Below are positions 10,601 to 16,539 of a stretch of DNA of 28,711 nt, in pieces. Position numbers and translations under genes: made by a program. The notes beneath the pieces were generated by a model that was given only the letters and a program-made list of their open reading frames with translations, searched no databases and was not told where the DNA came from. The stretch comes from a virus (lineage: Duplodnaviria > Caudoviricetes): positions 1 to 28,711 of the IMG/VR virus record IMGVR_UViG_3300038406_000046; one strand, given 5' to 3'. How positions within the stretch are numbered: position 1 is the stretch's first letter; every line of letters starts with the position of its first letter.

Positions 10601-10702
10601 GTCGGCGGGCTGCTCGAGCGGGACATCGAGTTCCAGCGACTGTACTACGAGGGCGGCTTCGACCGCGATGACCTCCAGTACGTTCTTCCGGATGTGGGGT
10701 GA
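4673..10702 (+). CDS. Very large putative internal virion/DNA-ejection protein (2009 aa)
   Basis: 6-kb ORF with strong GC3 bias, mostly helical with coiled-coil stretches, in the virion module of a phage with no recognisable tail tube gene. Function is inferred from size and position only. Confidence 0.6.
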   Translation: MASFWDRVGAVATGIAQAGLNTVTGGGLNLLTTALNWARETKTVRDSSGFGRAAYDYLQNTTDSVRNLASAPGAPVKWDGGKLRMKRADESAWQPVDEIVDENLAAVQGGWEAVKGVPVIGDAAGLVAGGVANAFAEYDENVIQPVFNYAKATDRHYINLMTKHDQTGDFGYAAEGLGTLFGLGGLIGGDEFDLEFENAARYSIGQQVVAEATGKFSWDAETGRMVAPLLDDPNQEQQRQEYFSRGWQRFFSGTLDIAANIGLDPATYVTLGAGTVIRGASTATADVVQTAGRTSRGAEAASLADEARWIETTDADLLGQRTVKDLKDLLKEDGLPTSGKKADLVDRLTARERKIPEGAQFDPKAGTYVPEGSSFVQKSQGLRERIGLDPERNFKANYEKITDWVIENGEKAGSIADLKNNPLMRQLDDSGPVLDALHSAKKYGDQQSLGDLEMRGLLDDVLLSSMGSTQATARVQKFSRKLYADMIDIEHALGEGRKSVMASPYIPFKDKLDAFETDPAVKVQIEAIADDMRVAATKLDRLQNQVVGKGVRAHNAVGRGVYAAPGAIRKGIDAGMTGVYKTFRPNGTAGPRVHLMNGVRLPNTLNFASLNVVEEFNQHVDEALVTLKKERLETPDGRLDIDDEALDVLTRFKDEFAKTEDPIGRRNADALAARRRALFEDFQVATRDAMVHKLTAKVVARQQKAGNAINSEQIRSEVDTWMLEYEKQSKATVEGFHRKRNDTDPAHISNEYIALSDNDFVVPHQGLAAALDKATPTTSHRFRFDAFEEFFSKKFELGKVFNDVTPEGVSVRTIAGEIGDEINDHLKWLLLGRPVAYSVRNAFESSQRILATQDVLTAFATMGRGLLNGGANMRRVSPDQVRLAEAQLNHSIMERRLMEERADLEQIHTIHQSTAESLKRKHKSSGSEFNRAAEIQARMDLVDEQIERSRQITNMTPDEWRARIKERAGLGLEKQISDFEQDLATRQASLERIDGLKEPTASDLHLRDEIGEDIEMRTQALAEARKAKEAASAARAAESRKRVPRGKTVLRKGAGFEGGLDPHTGLFVPPSLLNAYDNPLAMQQHVTDSFESVNRMIETSTAKWGNREFRIRNREISYSTDTKVAQEWNENYAALVNNRIRKDAGAMQYALTQREDDLLRWATDEVEGQAWAKQFTGSTGMTLEGLVDETVALVDELLPTGRHLSIAARRDLAPDEVDEMWTQAKAMTPQEAQAKFKEAQGVTQKQIGDLDQRIEVLEGRIAEMRSPALTPRGQQAATGQGELPIGVRSRRTKPLSATQRKLLDRMTKQRNELITERQSRLGEDSTRELARETHVAEAQRIARPTLSVPERAFQDIVETGQRPRGFDAAYAGVKDARDRYFHAFSAVPEGVWSRHPLFVMKFQSELNNVLQAKGVKPTGRRGKATEADASDYLSLEDINRSVEAARKRARRYVTDTLYDTSRRTNLQHHLRYLSPFFAAWQDSFVKWTKISLDQPLVPYLGYQGYEELPNVFAGAHVVDEDGNYIGDDGQVHEYNPVTREIGAPIEGKVVNPNTGTILWRVPGPVGDWMEDVAGVTNLRIPRTTFNVAFQGENPAIPGFGGFVSVPYGEIVRKSPWAANMAERTGLDKIIAPYGPGGRVGEEGVPSWLQKAFDFFNQNDEPGKRAFAMLYQAQLNAEALGQTEPLSRDARDKLVDGRVGMWQFFNMTGAQSPFSVSMDSTMRAASDLFYDSYSSRIGDGEGEYPTYTAAVAAFNADFPEFANAGISVRADDSGINASYGAQNAAEKWRTAIGKDPALARVLIGPTTADSGDYNDAIAQYQRTDQVIPGGSSWRAGLTDKNISEVILVENGKREWSRFNMLLSEVAEERGLEWEDPQLSSLRKRFRDDYMATNHGEWYAEYTSDSYNKNEVVKTLAGAYEAILSSPEHLETTPHLATLKEYIEGREQVKLAMEQQGFATATSQEFEASELGYAWSTFVGGLLERDIEFQRLYYEGGFDRDDLQYVLPDVG
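5621..5728 (+). other. SAP (helix-extended-helix) DNA-binding motif within the 2009-aa protein
   Basis: LLGQRTVKDLKDLLKEDGLPTSGKKADLVDRLTARE (aa ~317-352) fits the SAP pattern (T/K)VxxLKxxLxxxGLxxSGxKxxLxxRL. Confidence 0.85.
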
Positions 10703-10707
10703 TGTGA

Positions 10708-11673
10708 GTGGCTGAACCCGGGGTCGATCCCATGATGCAGTGGATCAACCAGAATCTCGGCGTTGCCCCTGGGGGCTCCGCTTCGGCGGCGTCCCTTCCG
10801 GGGGCTCAGCAGGACCCGGACTCGGTCTTCTTCGGTCGTGGCCGAGGCTCCCGATGGGTGTCGACCTTCACGGGAGACGACCCGCAGATGGCTGGCGGGA
10901 AACTCATGAAGGAGCGGGAGGTCGAGGAGGACGACATCCGGTCCATCTCTGAGGCGATGGCGTTGTTCTACGAGGACGACTTTGACCTCAATCGCCTGAG
11001 TGAGGAGGCCGAGAAGTACGGCCTCAAGGCGGAGACCCTGGACGACCTGATGGCCGTCTGGGAGAGCGCCGTCACGTACAGTGCGAACAAGTACGCGTCG
11101 GGTTCCAAGAAGACCCCGTGGGAGATGATCCCGCTGATGGCGGGGGCCTGGCGTGGGGACGGTTCACCTTCGGATCGCTCGCGGGCGCTGGCCCAGTCTC
11201 TGAATGAGCCTCGCACGATGACGCAGACGGCCTTCACGGCCGGGCGCAGCATCACGGAGACGGCCACGCAGGTGGACATCTCCAACCCGGAGCAGTCGCG
11301 GGCGCTGGTGCAGAACGTGTTGTCGCAGGCTCTGGGCCGGTGGGCGACGGGTGCCGAACTGGAGGAGTTCGTGGGCACACTGAACGCCTACCAGCGGGAT
11401 AACCCGTCGGTGTCCACTCGCACTACCGAGGTTGCGCCGGAGACGCGTACGCAGACGACTACGGAGTCTGCGGATGGGTCGAACCAGTCGTCTTCGACCT
11501 CTGTGCAGGGTGGCGAGTCCAACTCGTCCACCACGTCCCAGCAGGGTGCGACGGCTGAGGGTGGGCAGCAGTTGCTGCTCGAGAACGCCATGGAGTCGCC
11601 GGACTACGGAGCCTATCAGGCTGCGACGACGTACTACCAGGCCCTGCTCGGTGCCCTTGCGGCACCGGTCTAA
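10708..11673 (+). CDS. Putative internal virion protein (321 aa)
   Basis: Co-directional ORF 5 nt after the giant gene, with a Ser/Thr-rich segment near the C-terminus. No family recognised. Confidence 0.6.
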   Translation: MAEPGVDPMMQWINQNLGVAPGGSASAASLPGAQQDPDSVFFGRGRGSRWVSTFTGDDPQMAGGKLMKEREVEEDDIRSISEAMALFYEDDFDLNRLSEEAEKYGLKAETLDDLMAVWESAVTYSANKYASGSKKTPWEMIPLMAGAWRGDGSPSDRSRALAQSLNEPRTMTQTAFTAGRSITETATQVDISNPEQSRALVQNVLSQALGRWATGAELEEFVGTLNAYQRDNPSVSTRTTEVAPETRTQTTTESADGSNQSSSTSVQGGESNSSTTSQQGATAEGGQQLLLENAMESPDYGAYQAATTYYQALLGALAAPV

Positions 11674-11686
11674 CGGGAGGTGAGAG

Positions 11687-12388
11687 ATGCCTATCATTGA
11701 GCCAGATCGGCAGGAGAACGGGTCTCTCACTGGCGTGAAGCGGGCTGGCGAGGGGGCTCAGCCGGTCACGGCCGATGGCCCCTCGCCAGTGACGGCCACA
11801 ACCGGAGCGTTCGGCGAGGGTGCTGTTAACCCGGCCTTCGGCCAGCAGGAGGACGACCCCACCTTTCAGGAACTGTGGGGTCAGATCGACTCGAAGACGT
11901 CCTTCGACAAGAAGGAGTCCGGAGGCGAGACCAGCATGTCGTCCAGTGGTTCCTCCCCGTCGCCGGGCGGCGGGAAGGGCAACAGTTCACTGGTGGACTT
12001 CGCGAAGCGGTTCCTCGGCACCCCGTACAAGTGGGGTGGCACGAGCCCGTCGGGGTTCGACTGCTCGGGCTTCACCCAGTACGTGTTCAAGCAGTTCGGT
12101 ATCAACCTGCCCCGGATTTCCTACCAACAGGGCAACGGTGGCAAGGCGGTCGCTAAGGGCGATCTCAGGCCGGGCGACCTGGTGTTCTGGGACAACTCGT
12201 CCCGGAACGTCGGCGCCGACCACCTCGGCATCTACATCGGTGGCGGCAAGTACATACACTCACCCCAGCCGGGGTCGCGTGTGAAGATCAGCAATCTGGG
12301 TGGGGGCTACTGGGCCCGACGGTACGGTTCCGGATCCTCCGGGTCCTCCGGTCGCGGTGGCGGATCCACTCGACAGCGCGCTGTATAG
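11687..12388 (+). CDS. NlpC/P60 (C40) peptidoglycan peptidase, probably virion-associated
   Basis: GTPYKWGGTSPSGFDCSGF (catalytic Cys), PGDLVFW, HLGIYIGGGKYIH (His residues). Low-complexity N-terminal ~100 aa. RBS GGAGGTGA. Confidence 0.93.
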   Translation: MPIIEPDRQENGSLTGVKRAGEGAQPVTADGPSPVTATTGAFGEGAVNPAFGQQEDDPTFQELWGQIDSKTSFDKKESGGETSMSSSGSSPSPGGGKGNSSLVDFAKRFLGTPYKWGGTSPSGFDCSGFTQYVFKQFGINLPRISYQQGNGGKAVAKGDLRPGDLVFWDNSSRNVGADHLGIYIGGGKYIHSPQPGSRVKISNLGGGYWARRYGSGSSGSSGRGGGSTRQRAV

Positions 12389-12401
12389 AGGACGGTGAGA
12401 C

Positions 12402-13274
12402 ATGCCTAGCATTTCACGCAGCGAGATGGCGGACGAGTACGGGCTGACCTTGTCGTTCCTCAACTCCAACAAGGAGATCAGGGCGATCTTCAACAAGGCG
12501 GTGGCGCAGACCTGGGACCCGGCACGGTTCCAGGCTGCGGTTCGGAACACGAGTTGGTACAAGAAGACCGCTGAGCCCTGGCGTCAGGCGCAGGTGCTCA
12601 AGAAGACGGACCCTGCCACGTACGAGCACCGGCTCTCCCAGGTACGGTCCAGGCTGACGCTCATGATGGCGGAGTACGGCGCCAAGATGTCGGGCGGGAC
12701 GTTCGACCGGTTCGCGAACCAGGTCTTCGCGCAGGGCTGGGACGACAACCAGGTCCGGCGCCACCTGGCTGGGTTCATCGAGTACCGGGATGGTCGCCTG
12801 CTCGGGCAGGCCGGTCAGTGGGAGCAGGAGATCCGTGGCCACATGCGGGACATGGGTGTGATGTGGACGGACAAGACGATCCAGCACTCGGTCCGGCGCA
12901 TGGTCCAGGGCAACTTGACGGTGCAGGACATCATCTCCCAGGTGAACGAGTCGGCCAAGGGGAAGTACCAGCACCTGGCTGACCGCATCACGCAGGGGGA
13001 GACGCTGTACGACATCGCCTCCCCGTTCATCCAGCAGATCGGTCAGGTGCTGGAGGTCAACCCGGAGTCCCTGTCGGTCGACGACGCCCTGATTCAGAAG
13101 GCTCTGGATTACGCGCCGAACGATGACAAGAAGGGGTTCCACCGGACGATGACCCTGTCGGAGTTCGGCAACACCCTGCGGCGTGACTCTCGCTGGAAGG
13201 CGACGGACAACGCCAAGGCGACAGCATCCACCGTCCTCCGCTCGCTGGGCGAGGCATTCGGCAAGAGCGTTTAA
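12402..13274 (+). CDS. Putative virion protein (290 aa)
   Basis: Helical ORF with RBS-like GGTGA; lies in the virion gene block. Confidence 0.6.
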   Translation: MPSISRSEMADEYGLTLSFLNSNKEIRAIFNKAVAQTWDPARFQAAVRNTSWYKKTAEPWRQAQVLKKTDPATYEHRLSQVRSRLTLMMAEYGAKMSGGTFDRFANQVFAQGWDDNQVRRHLAGFIEYRDGRLLGQAGQWEQEIRGHMRDMGVMWTDKTIQHSVRRMVQGNLTVQDIISQVNESAKGKYQHLADRITQGETLYDIASPFIQQIGQVLEVNPESLSVDDALIQKALDYAPNDDKKGFHRTMTLSEFGNTLRRDSRWKATDNAKATASTVLRSLGEAFGKSV

Positions 13275-13284
13275 GGGGTGAGAC

Positions 13285-14100
13285 ATGGCTACGTATGACG
13301 AGAACGCCTACGAACTCATCCAGAACACTCTGGACTCCTGGGGTCTTAGGGCCCTGTACGGCGACCTGCTCGAGTTCCTCCGTGAGGGCTTCACGGAGGA
13401 CCGGATCTTCGTCGAACTGCAGGAGACGAGCGCCTGGAAGCAGCGTTTCGCCGGGAACGAACTGCGCAAGAAGGCAGGTCTCGCGGTCCTCTCCCCGGCC
13501 GAGTACCTCTCGGTGGAGGCGTCCTACCAGCAGATCATGGAGTCTGCTGGCCTGCCGAAGGGCTTCTACGACAGCCCGGACGACTTCTCGAACTGGATCG
13601 GCAAGAACGTGGCTCCCACGCAGATCAAGGGCCGGGTGGACGCTGCGGTGAACTTCGTGTCCCAGGCCCCGAAGGAGGCCATGGACATCATGCGGCACAA
13701 GGGCTTCACGGACGGCGAACTGTACGCGTTCGCCCTGGACCAGAAGAAGACTGAGCGCATGATCACGGAGAAGTTCCGTTCGGTCGAACTGCAGGGTCGG
13801 TTCCAGGCTGGCGGTCAGATGATCTCTGGCCCGACGGCGGACCGGATCGCTGCGGTCGCTGGCGAGAACGCCACGAACCGTGACGCTGTGCAGACTGGTG
13901 TCCGCCTCGCGGATCAGGGTGGTCGGCTGGCCAGCATCTACGGTGAGCGGTACAGCGCCGACATGGCAGCGCGGGACGTCTTCTTGCAGGACGTCCAGGC
14001 GGGTAACACCCGCCGTCGGCTCGCCTCGCAGGAGCGCGGCGCGTTCTCGGGTAGTGGCGCTGTTGGGGAGAAGTCCCTGAACACCCGCACCCGCACATAG
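13285..14100 (+). CDS. Putative virion protein (271 aa)
   Basis: RBS AAGGGGTGA; last gene before the non-coding island. No family recognised. Confidence 0.6.
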   Translation: MATYDENAYELIQNTLDSWGLRALYGDLLEFLREGFTEDRIFVELQETSAWKQRFAGNELRKKAGLAVLSPAEYLSVEASYQQIMESAGLPKGFYDSPDDFSNWIGKNVAPTQIKGRVDAAVNFVSQAPKEAMDIMRHKGFTDGELYAFALDQKKTERMITEKFRSVELQGRFQAGGQMISGPTADRIAAVAGENATNRDAVQTGVRLADQGGRLASIYGERYSADMAARDVFLQDVQAGNTRRRLASQERGAFSGSGAVGEKSLNTRTRT

Positions 14101-14103
14101 CGT

Positions 14104-14133
14104 CAAAACCGTATCATTTTCGGTACGGTTTTG
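14104..14133 (+). promoter_or_regulatory. AT-rich inverted repeat (terminator/processing hairpin or operator)
   Basis: CAAAACCGTA (14104-14113) / TACGGTTTTG (14124-14133) is a perfect 10-bp repeat 3 nt after a stop codon; it contains TATCAT (14112-14117). Confidence 0.55.
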
Positions 14134-14199
14134 CCACAAGCCCCCACCCCCTGGCGGGTGGGTACCGCCTCGTGCGGCCAAAGAAATCGCTACCTTTGG

Positions 14200-14231
14200 G
14201 CTCATTGATCGCCTGAGCATAACTGGCGATC
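14200..14231 (+). ncRNA. Predicted H-type pseudoknot PK1, 4 nt upstream of tRNA-Met
   Basis: S1 GCTCA 14200-14204 / TGAGC 14214-14218; S2 GATCGCC 14207-14213 / GGCGATC 14225-14231; L3 ATAACT. Confidence 0.55.
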
Positions 14232-14235
14232 CCCT

Positions 14236-14308
14236 AGCGGGGTGACTGGAGTGGTACCAGCAGAGGCTCATATCCTTTTCGACGTGGGTTCGATTCCCAC
14301 CCCCGCTA
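14236..14308 (+). tRNA. tRNA-Met (CAT), atypical; CCA not encoded
   Basis: Acceptor AGCGGGG/CCCCGCT + A73; D stem CTGG/CCAG with loop AGTGGTA; anticodon arm AGAGG-CTCATAT-CCTTT (CAT 14269-14271); T arm GTGGG-TTCGATT-CCCAC. Confidence 0.9.
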
Positions 14309-14350
14309 CGATCCTCGGCCGTCTGGCCGGGACACCTAACGGTGACGGTC

Positions 14351-14380
14351 CGCCATCCCTCCTGGCGCTAACTGTGAGGG
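14351..14380 (+). ncRNA. Predicted H-type pseudoknot PK2, 3 nt upstream of tRNA-Trp
   Basis: S1 CGCCA 14351-14355 / TGGCG 14363-14367; S2 CCCTC 14357-14361 / GAGGG 14376-14380; L3 CTAACTGT. Confidence 0.5.
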
Positions 14381-14383
14381 CAG

Positions 14384-14457
14384 ATGCCCCAAGTGTTACG
14401 GAAGCACGCCGGTCTCCAAAACCGGAAGACTGAGTTCAATTCTCAGGGGGTGTGCCA
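14384..14457 (+). tRNA. tRNA-Trp (CCA), atypical; CCA end encoded
   Basis: Acceptor ATGCCCC/GGGGTGT + G73 + CCA; D stem GTGT/GCAC; anticodon arm CCGGT-CTCCAAA-ACCGG (CCA 14416-14418); T arm CTGAG-TTCAATT-CTCAG. Confidence 0.92.
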
Positions 14458-14591
14458 GGACAGGACCGACCGGCCCCATGTCCTAGACAGCGACATCCGT
14501 CGCGGCACCAAGACCGGTAGAGACAGCCGAGCCATTCGCCTCCTGGGTGGGTCGCGGGTCTTGAACCTTTACAGAAACAGGAGTGGTCACT
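14457..14591 (+). ncRNA. Predicted structured 5' leader of the scaffold-capsid operon
   Basis: Stem AGGACA/TGTCCT whose loop ACCGG (14469-14473) complements CCGGT (14514-14518); hairpin GCGAC/GTCGC; a further hairpin whose loop region CTCCTG (14540-14545) complements CAGGAG (14578-14583), the RBS. Confidence 0.55.
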
Positions 14592-15086
14592 ATGACGACT
14601 GAGCAGACGAACGAGATCGACGACGCGAACGAGAATGGCCCGAAGGGTCTCCGCGATGCCCTGGCAAAGCAGAAGGCTGAGAACGAGGCTCTGGTGAAGA
14701 GCCTCGAGACCTACCGGACCAAGGACCGTGAGCGCGAGATCAAGGACCGTGGGCTCAGCCCCAAGGTGGCGAAGTTCATCCCCGCTGACGCGGATCTGGA
14801 GAAGTGGCTCGAGGAGAACGCGGACGTGTTCGGCATCACGCCGACCACCGACGCACCGGCTCAGGCTGCTGCAGGAGCGGAGGGCGACGCGAACACGCGT
14901 CCGCTCGAGGTGTCTCAGACGCCTCACCCGCTGCAGAACCAGTTCGCGAACATCGAGGCTACCCAGGCAACTGGGCAGACCCCGAAGTCGCCGATCGACA
15001 CTTCGCGTGTCACGGCGGCACTGGCGGATGGTGGACTCGAAGGGTTCGAGAACTTCCTGCGTTCCCAGGTTGCCCCCGGCAACTGA
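14592..15086 (+). CDS. Capsid scaffolding protein
   Basis: Acidic, coiled-coil N-terminus (GPKGLRDALAKQKAENEAL), directly upstream of the capsid gene. ATG 14592 lies 8 nt after AGGAG. Confidence 0.75.
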   Translation: MTTEQTNEIDDANENGPKGLRDALAKQKAENEALVKSLETYRTKDREREIKDRGLSPKVAKFIPADADLEKWLEENADVFGITPTTDAPAQAAAGAEGDANTRPLEVSQTPHPLQNQFANIEATQATGQTPKSPIDTSRVTAALADGGLEGFENFLRSQVAPGN

Positions 15087-15121
15087 GGGAACGCCTCCCA
15101 CACAGAAAGGTGGCTTAGCAC

Positions 15122-16099
15122 ATGGTGCTTCCCACCGCTGGTGATTACACCAGCATTGCTGCGGGCGTAGGTCTTGGTGCTGCCGATTCACTGGCAGTCG
15201 AGACCGCGTACTCGCTGGCACTCGAGTGGTCCCTGAACAACTACGGGATCATGCGACAGTTCGTTTCCAAGCGACCCGAGCAGGTCGCCCACCCGGCGCA
15301 GACCGTGACCATGAAGAAGTGGAACTACTTCTCCGAGGCCGCTGTCACCGCCGCGAAGACGCCTCTGGACGAGGTTGACGACGTGGCGGCCCGGCGTCTC
15401 CCTGCCACCACGAATGTGGTCATCGAGGCCGCTGAGTACGGCGACGTCGTGGAGCACACCGAGTTCTTCGAGGGTCGTGCCCTGGTGCCGTTCGAGGCTG
15501 CCAAGGCTCGTACTCTGGCCGACCAGTCGGCCAAGGTCATCGACGAACTGATCCAGGACCAGATCCTGGCCGACGAGGCTGCGGACATCGACGATGTCGC
15601 TGGTGCTGCTGGCACTGGCCTGATCACGGCGGAGCGCATCCGCGAACTGGGCATCCAGTTCCTCGAGGACAACGTTCCGACGTACTCGGGCGGGTTCTAC
15701 TTCGCGGTCTCGCAGCCGCGCGTCCTGGCGGACATCCGTCGCGAGGCGGGCCTGGGTGGCTGGCGGAACCCGAAGGACTACATGGACAGCCACCTGCTCA
15801 AGGCGCTGCCCAACGAGGTCGGCGAGTTCGAGGGCTTCCGCTACGTCTCGAACAACCGCATCCGCACCACGGCTGCCGACGCTGGCGTCTCGGCTCAGAC
15901 CTTCAACCTGTACGCGTTCGGTCAGGGTGGTCTCGCGGAGCACGTCGTGACGGCCCCGCAGGTCCGGGTCGCCCCGCAGACCGACGCTCTGCGTCGGTTC
16001 CACGGGCTGGGCTGGTACTTCGACATGGGCTGGAAGGTCTACGAGCCCCTGGCCATCCAGGTGCTGGACGTCGGTGCCACTGGCGCCGACCCGGCGTAG
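15122..16099 (+). CDS. Major capsid protein (HK97 fold, N4-gp56-like)
   Basis: 325 aa after the scaffold; EYGDVVEHT, EVGEFEGFRYV and TDALRRFHGLGWY segments resemble N4-gp56-family capsids. Very biased codons; followed by a strong hairpin. Confidence 0.88.
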   Translation: MVLPTAGDYTSIAAGVGLGAADSLAVETAYSLALEWSLNNYGIMRQFVSKRPEQVAHPAQTVTMKKWNYFSEAAVTAAKTPLDEVDDVAARRLPATTNVVIEAAEYGDVVEHTEFFEGRALVPFEAAKARTLADQSAKVIDELIQDQILADEAADIDDVAGAAGTGLITAERIRELGIQFLEDNVPTYSGGFYFAVSQPRVLADIRREAGLGGWRNPKDYMDSHLLKALPNEVGEFEGFRYVSNNRIRTTAADAGVSAQTFNLYAFGQGGLAEHVVTAPQVRVAPQTDALRRFHGLGWYFDMGWKVYEPLAIQVLDVGATGADPA

Positions 16100-16108
16100 T
16101 AACACCTT

Positions 16109-16145
16109 GAGGGGGGCGTGGGTTTCTAGAGCCCACGCCCCCCTC
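16109..16145 (+). terminator. GC-rich hairpin after capsid gene (terminator/mRNA stabiliser)
   Basis: GAGGGGGGCGTGGG (16109-16122) / CCCACGCCCCCCTC (16132-16145) forms 14 perfect bp; no U-tract. Confidence 0.75.
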
Positions 16146-16168
16146 GTCACATCCCCAAGGAGGCCCTA

Positions 16169-16519
16169 GTGGTCATCGCAATCAACTCTACCAAGGAGTC
16201 CCTGGCCGTAGCGTATACAGACCTGGGCTCTTGGATCTCTCTGCACACGGCTAGCCCGGGTACCGACGGCGCGAACGAGGCCACTGGCGGTTCGCCAGCG
16301 TACGCTCGCAAGCAGACTACGTGGACGCCTGGCGCTTCGGATGGCGTGGTCGTGGGCTCTGCCGTGACCATCGATGTCCCGGCTGGTACGTACACGCACA
16401 TCGCCGTGTGGTCGGCGGTGTCCGCTGGCACGATCCGCGACACGGCAGCACTGTCGTCTTCGGTGGTCATGGGTGCGCAGGGTCAGGTTGTCCTGACGCC
16501 GACGTTCACCCAGTCCTAG
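16169..16519 (+). CDS. Small beta-rich virion protein (fibre/decoration subunit)
   Basis: RBS AAGGAGG; ISLHTASPGTDGANEATGGSPAYARK motif resembles small actinophage virion proteins. Confidence 0.65.
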   Translation: MVIAINSTKESLAVAYTDLGSWISLHTASPGTDGANEATGGSPAYARKQTTWTPGASDGVVVGSAVTIDVPAGTYTHIAVWSAVSAGTIRDTAALSSSVVMGAQGQVVLTPTFTQS

Positions 16520-16539
16520 CCCGAGGGAGGTGACGGTCG

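Noticed and set aside
4673-10702. Virion RNA polymerase or tape measure identity for the 2009-aa protein
   Set aside because: No DxDxD or T7/N4-type polymerase motifs were recognised. No periodic Trp/Phe tape-measure repeats and no upstream tail-tube or chaperone genes. Remote homology cannot be excluded without structure prediction.
11677-13287. Recurring GGTGAGA(C/G)ATG before starts at 11687, 12402 and 13285 (GGTGTGACATG at 22772)
   Set aside because: Explained by extended Shine-Dalgarno complementarity (GGAGGTGA) to 16S rRNA, so no separate operator is needed.
14332-14383. Twister-ribozyme resemblance (TAA, CGGT/ACTG stem, TCCC loop, GAGGG)
   Set aside because: Lacks the conserved A in L4 and any P1 helix, and has an extra T before GAG, so it is not a canonical twister. 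Kept only as an unclassified pseudoknot; a cleavage assay would settle it.
14309-14520. Theta/HDV-like ribozymes 3' of the tRNAs
   Set aside because: I could not build the nested P1-P2-P3-P1.1 fold starting at either tRNA 3' end; matching P1 and P2 strands are missing.
14242-14602. Short ORFs 14242-14433 and 14384-14602 in the ORF track
   Set aside because: They overlap clear tRNA genes, and lack an RBS and phage-like codon bias.
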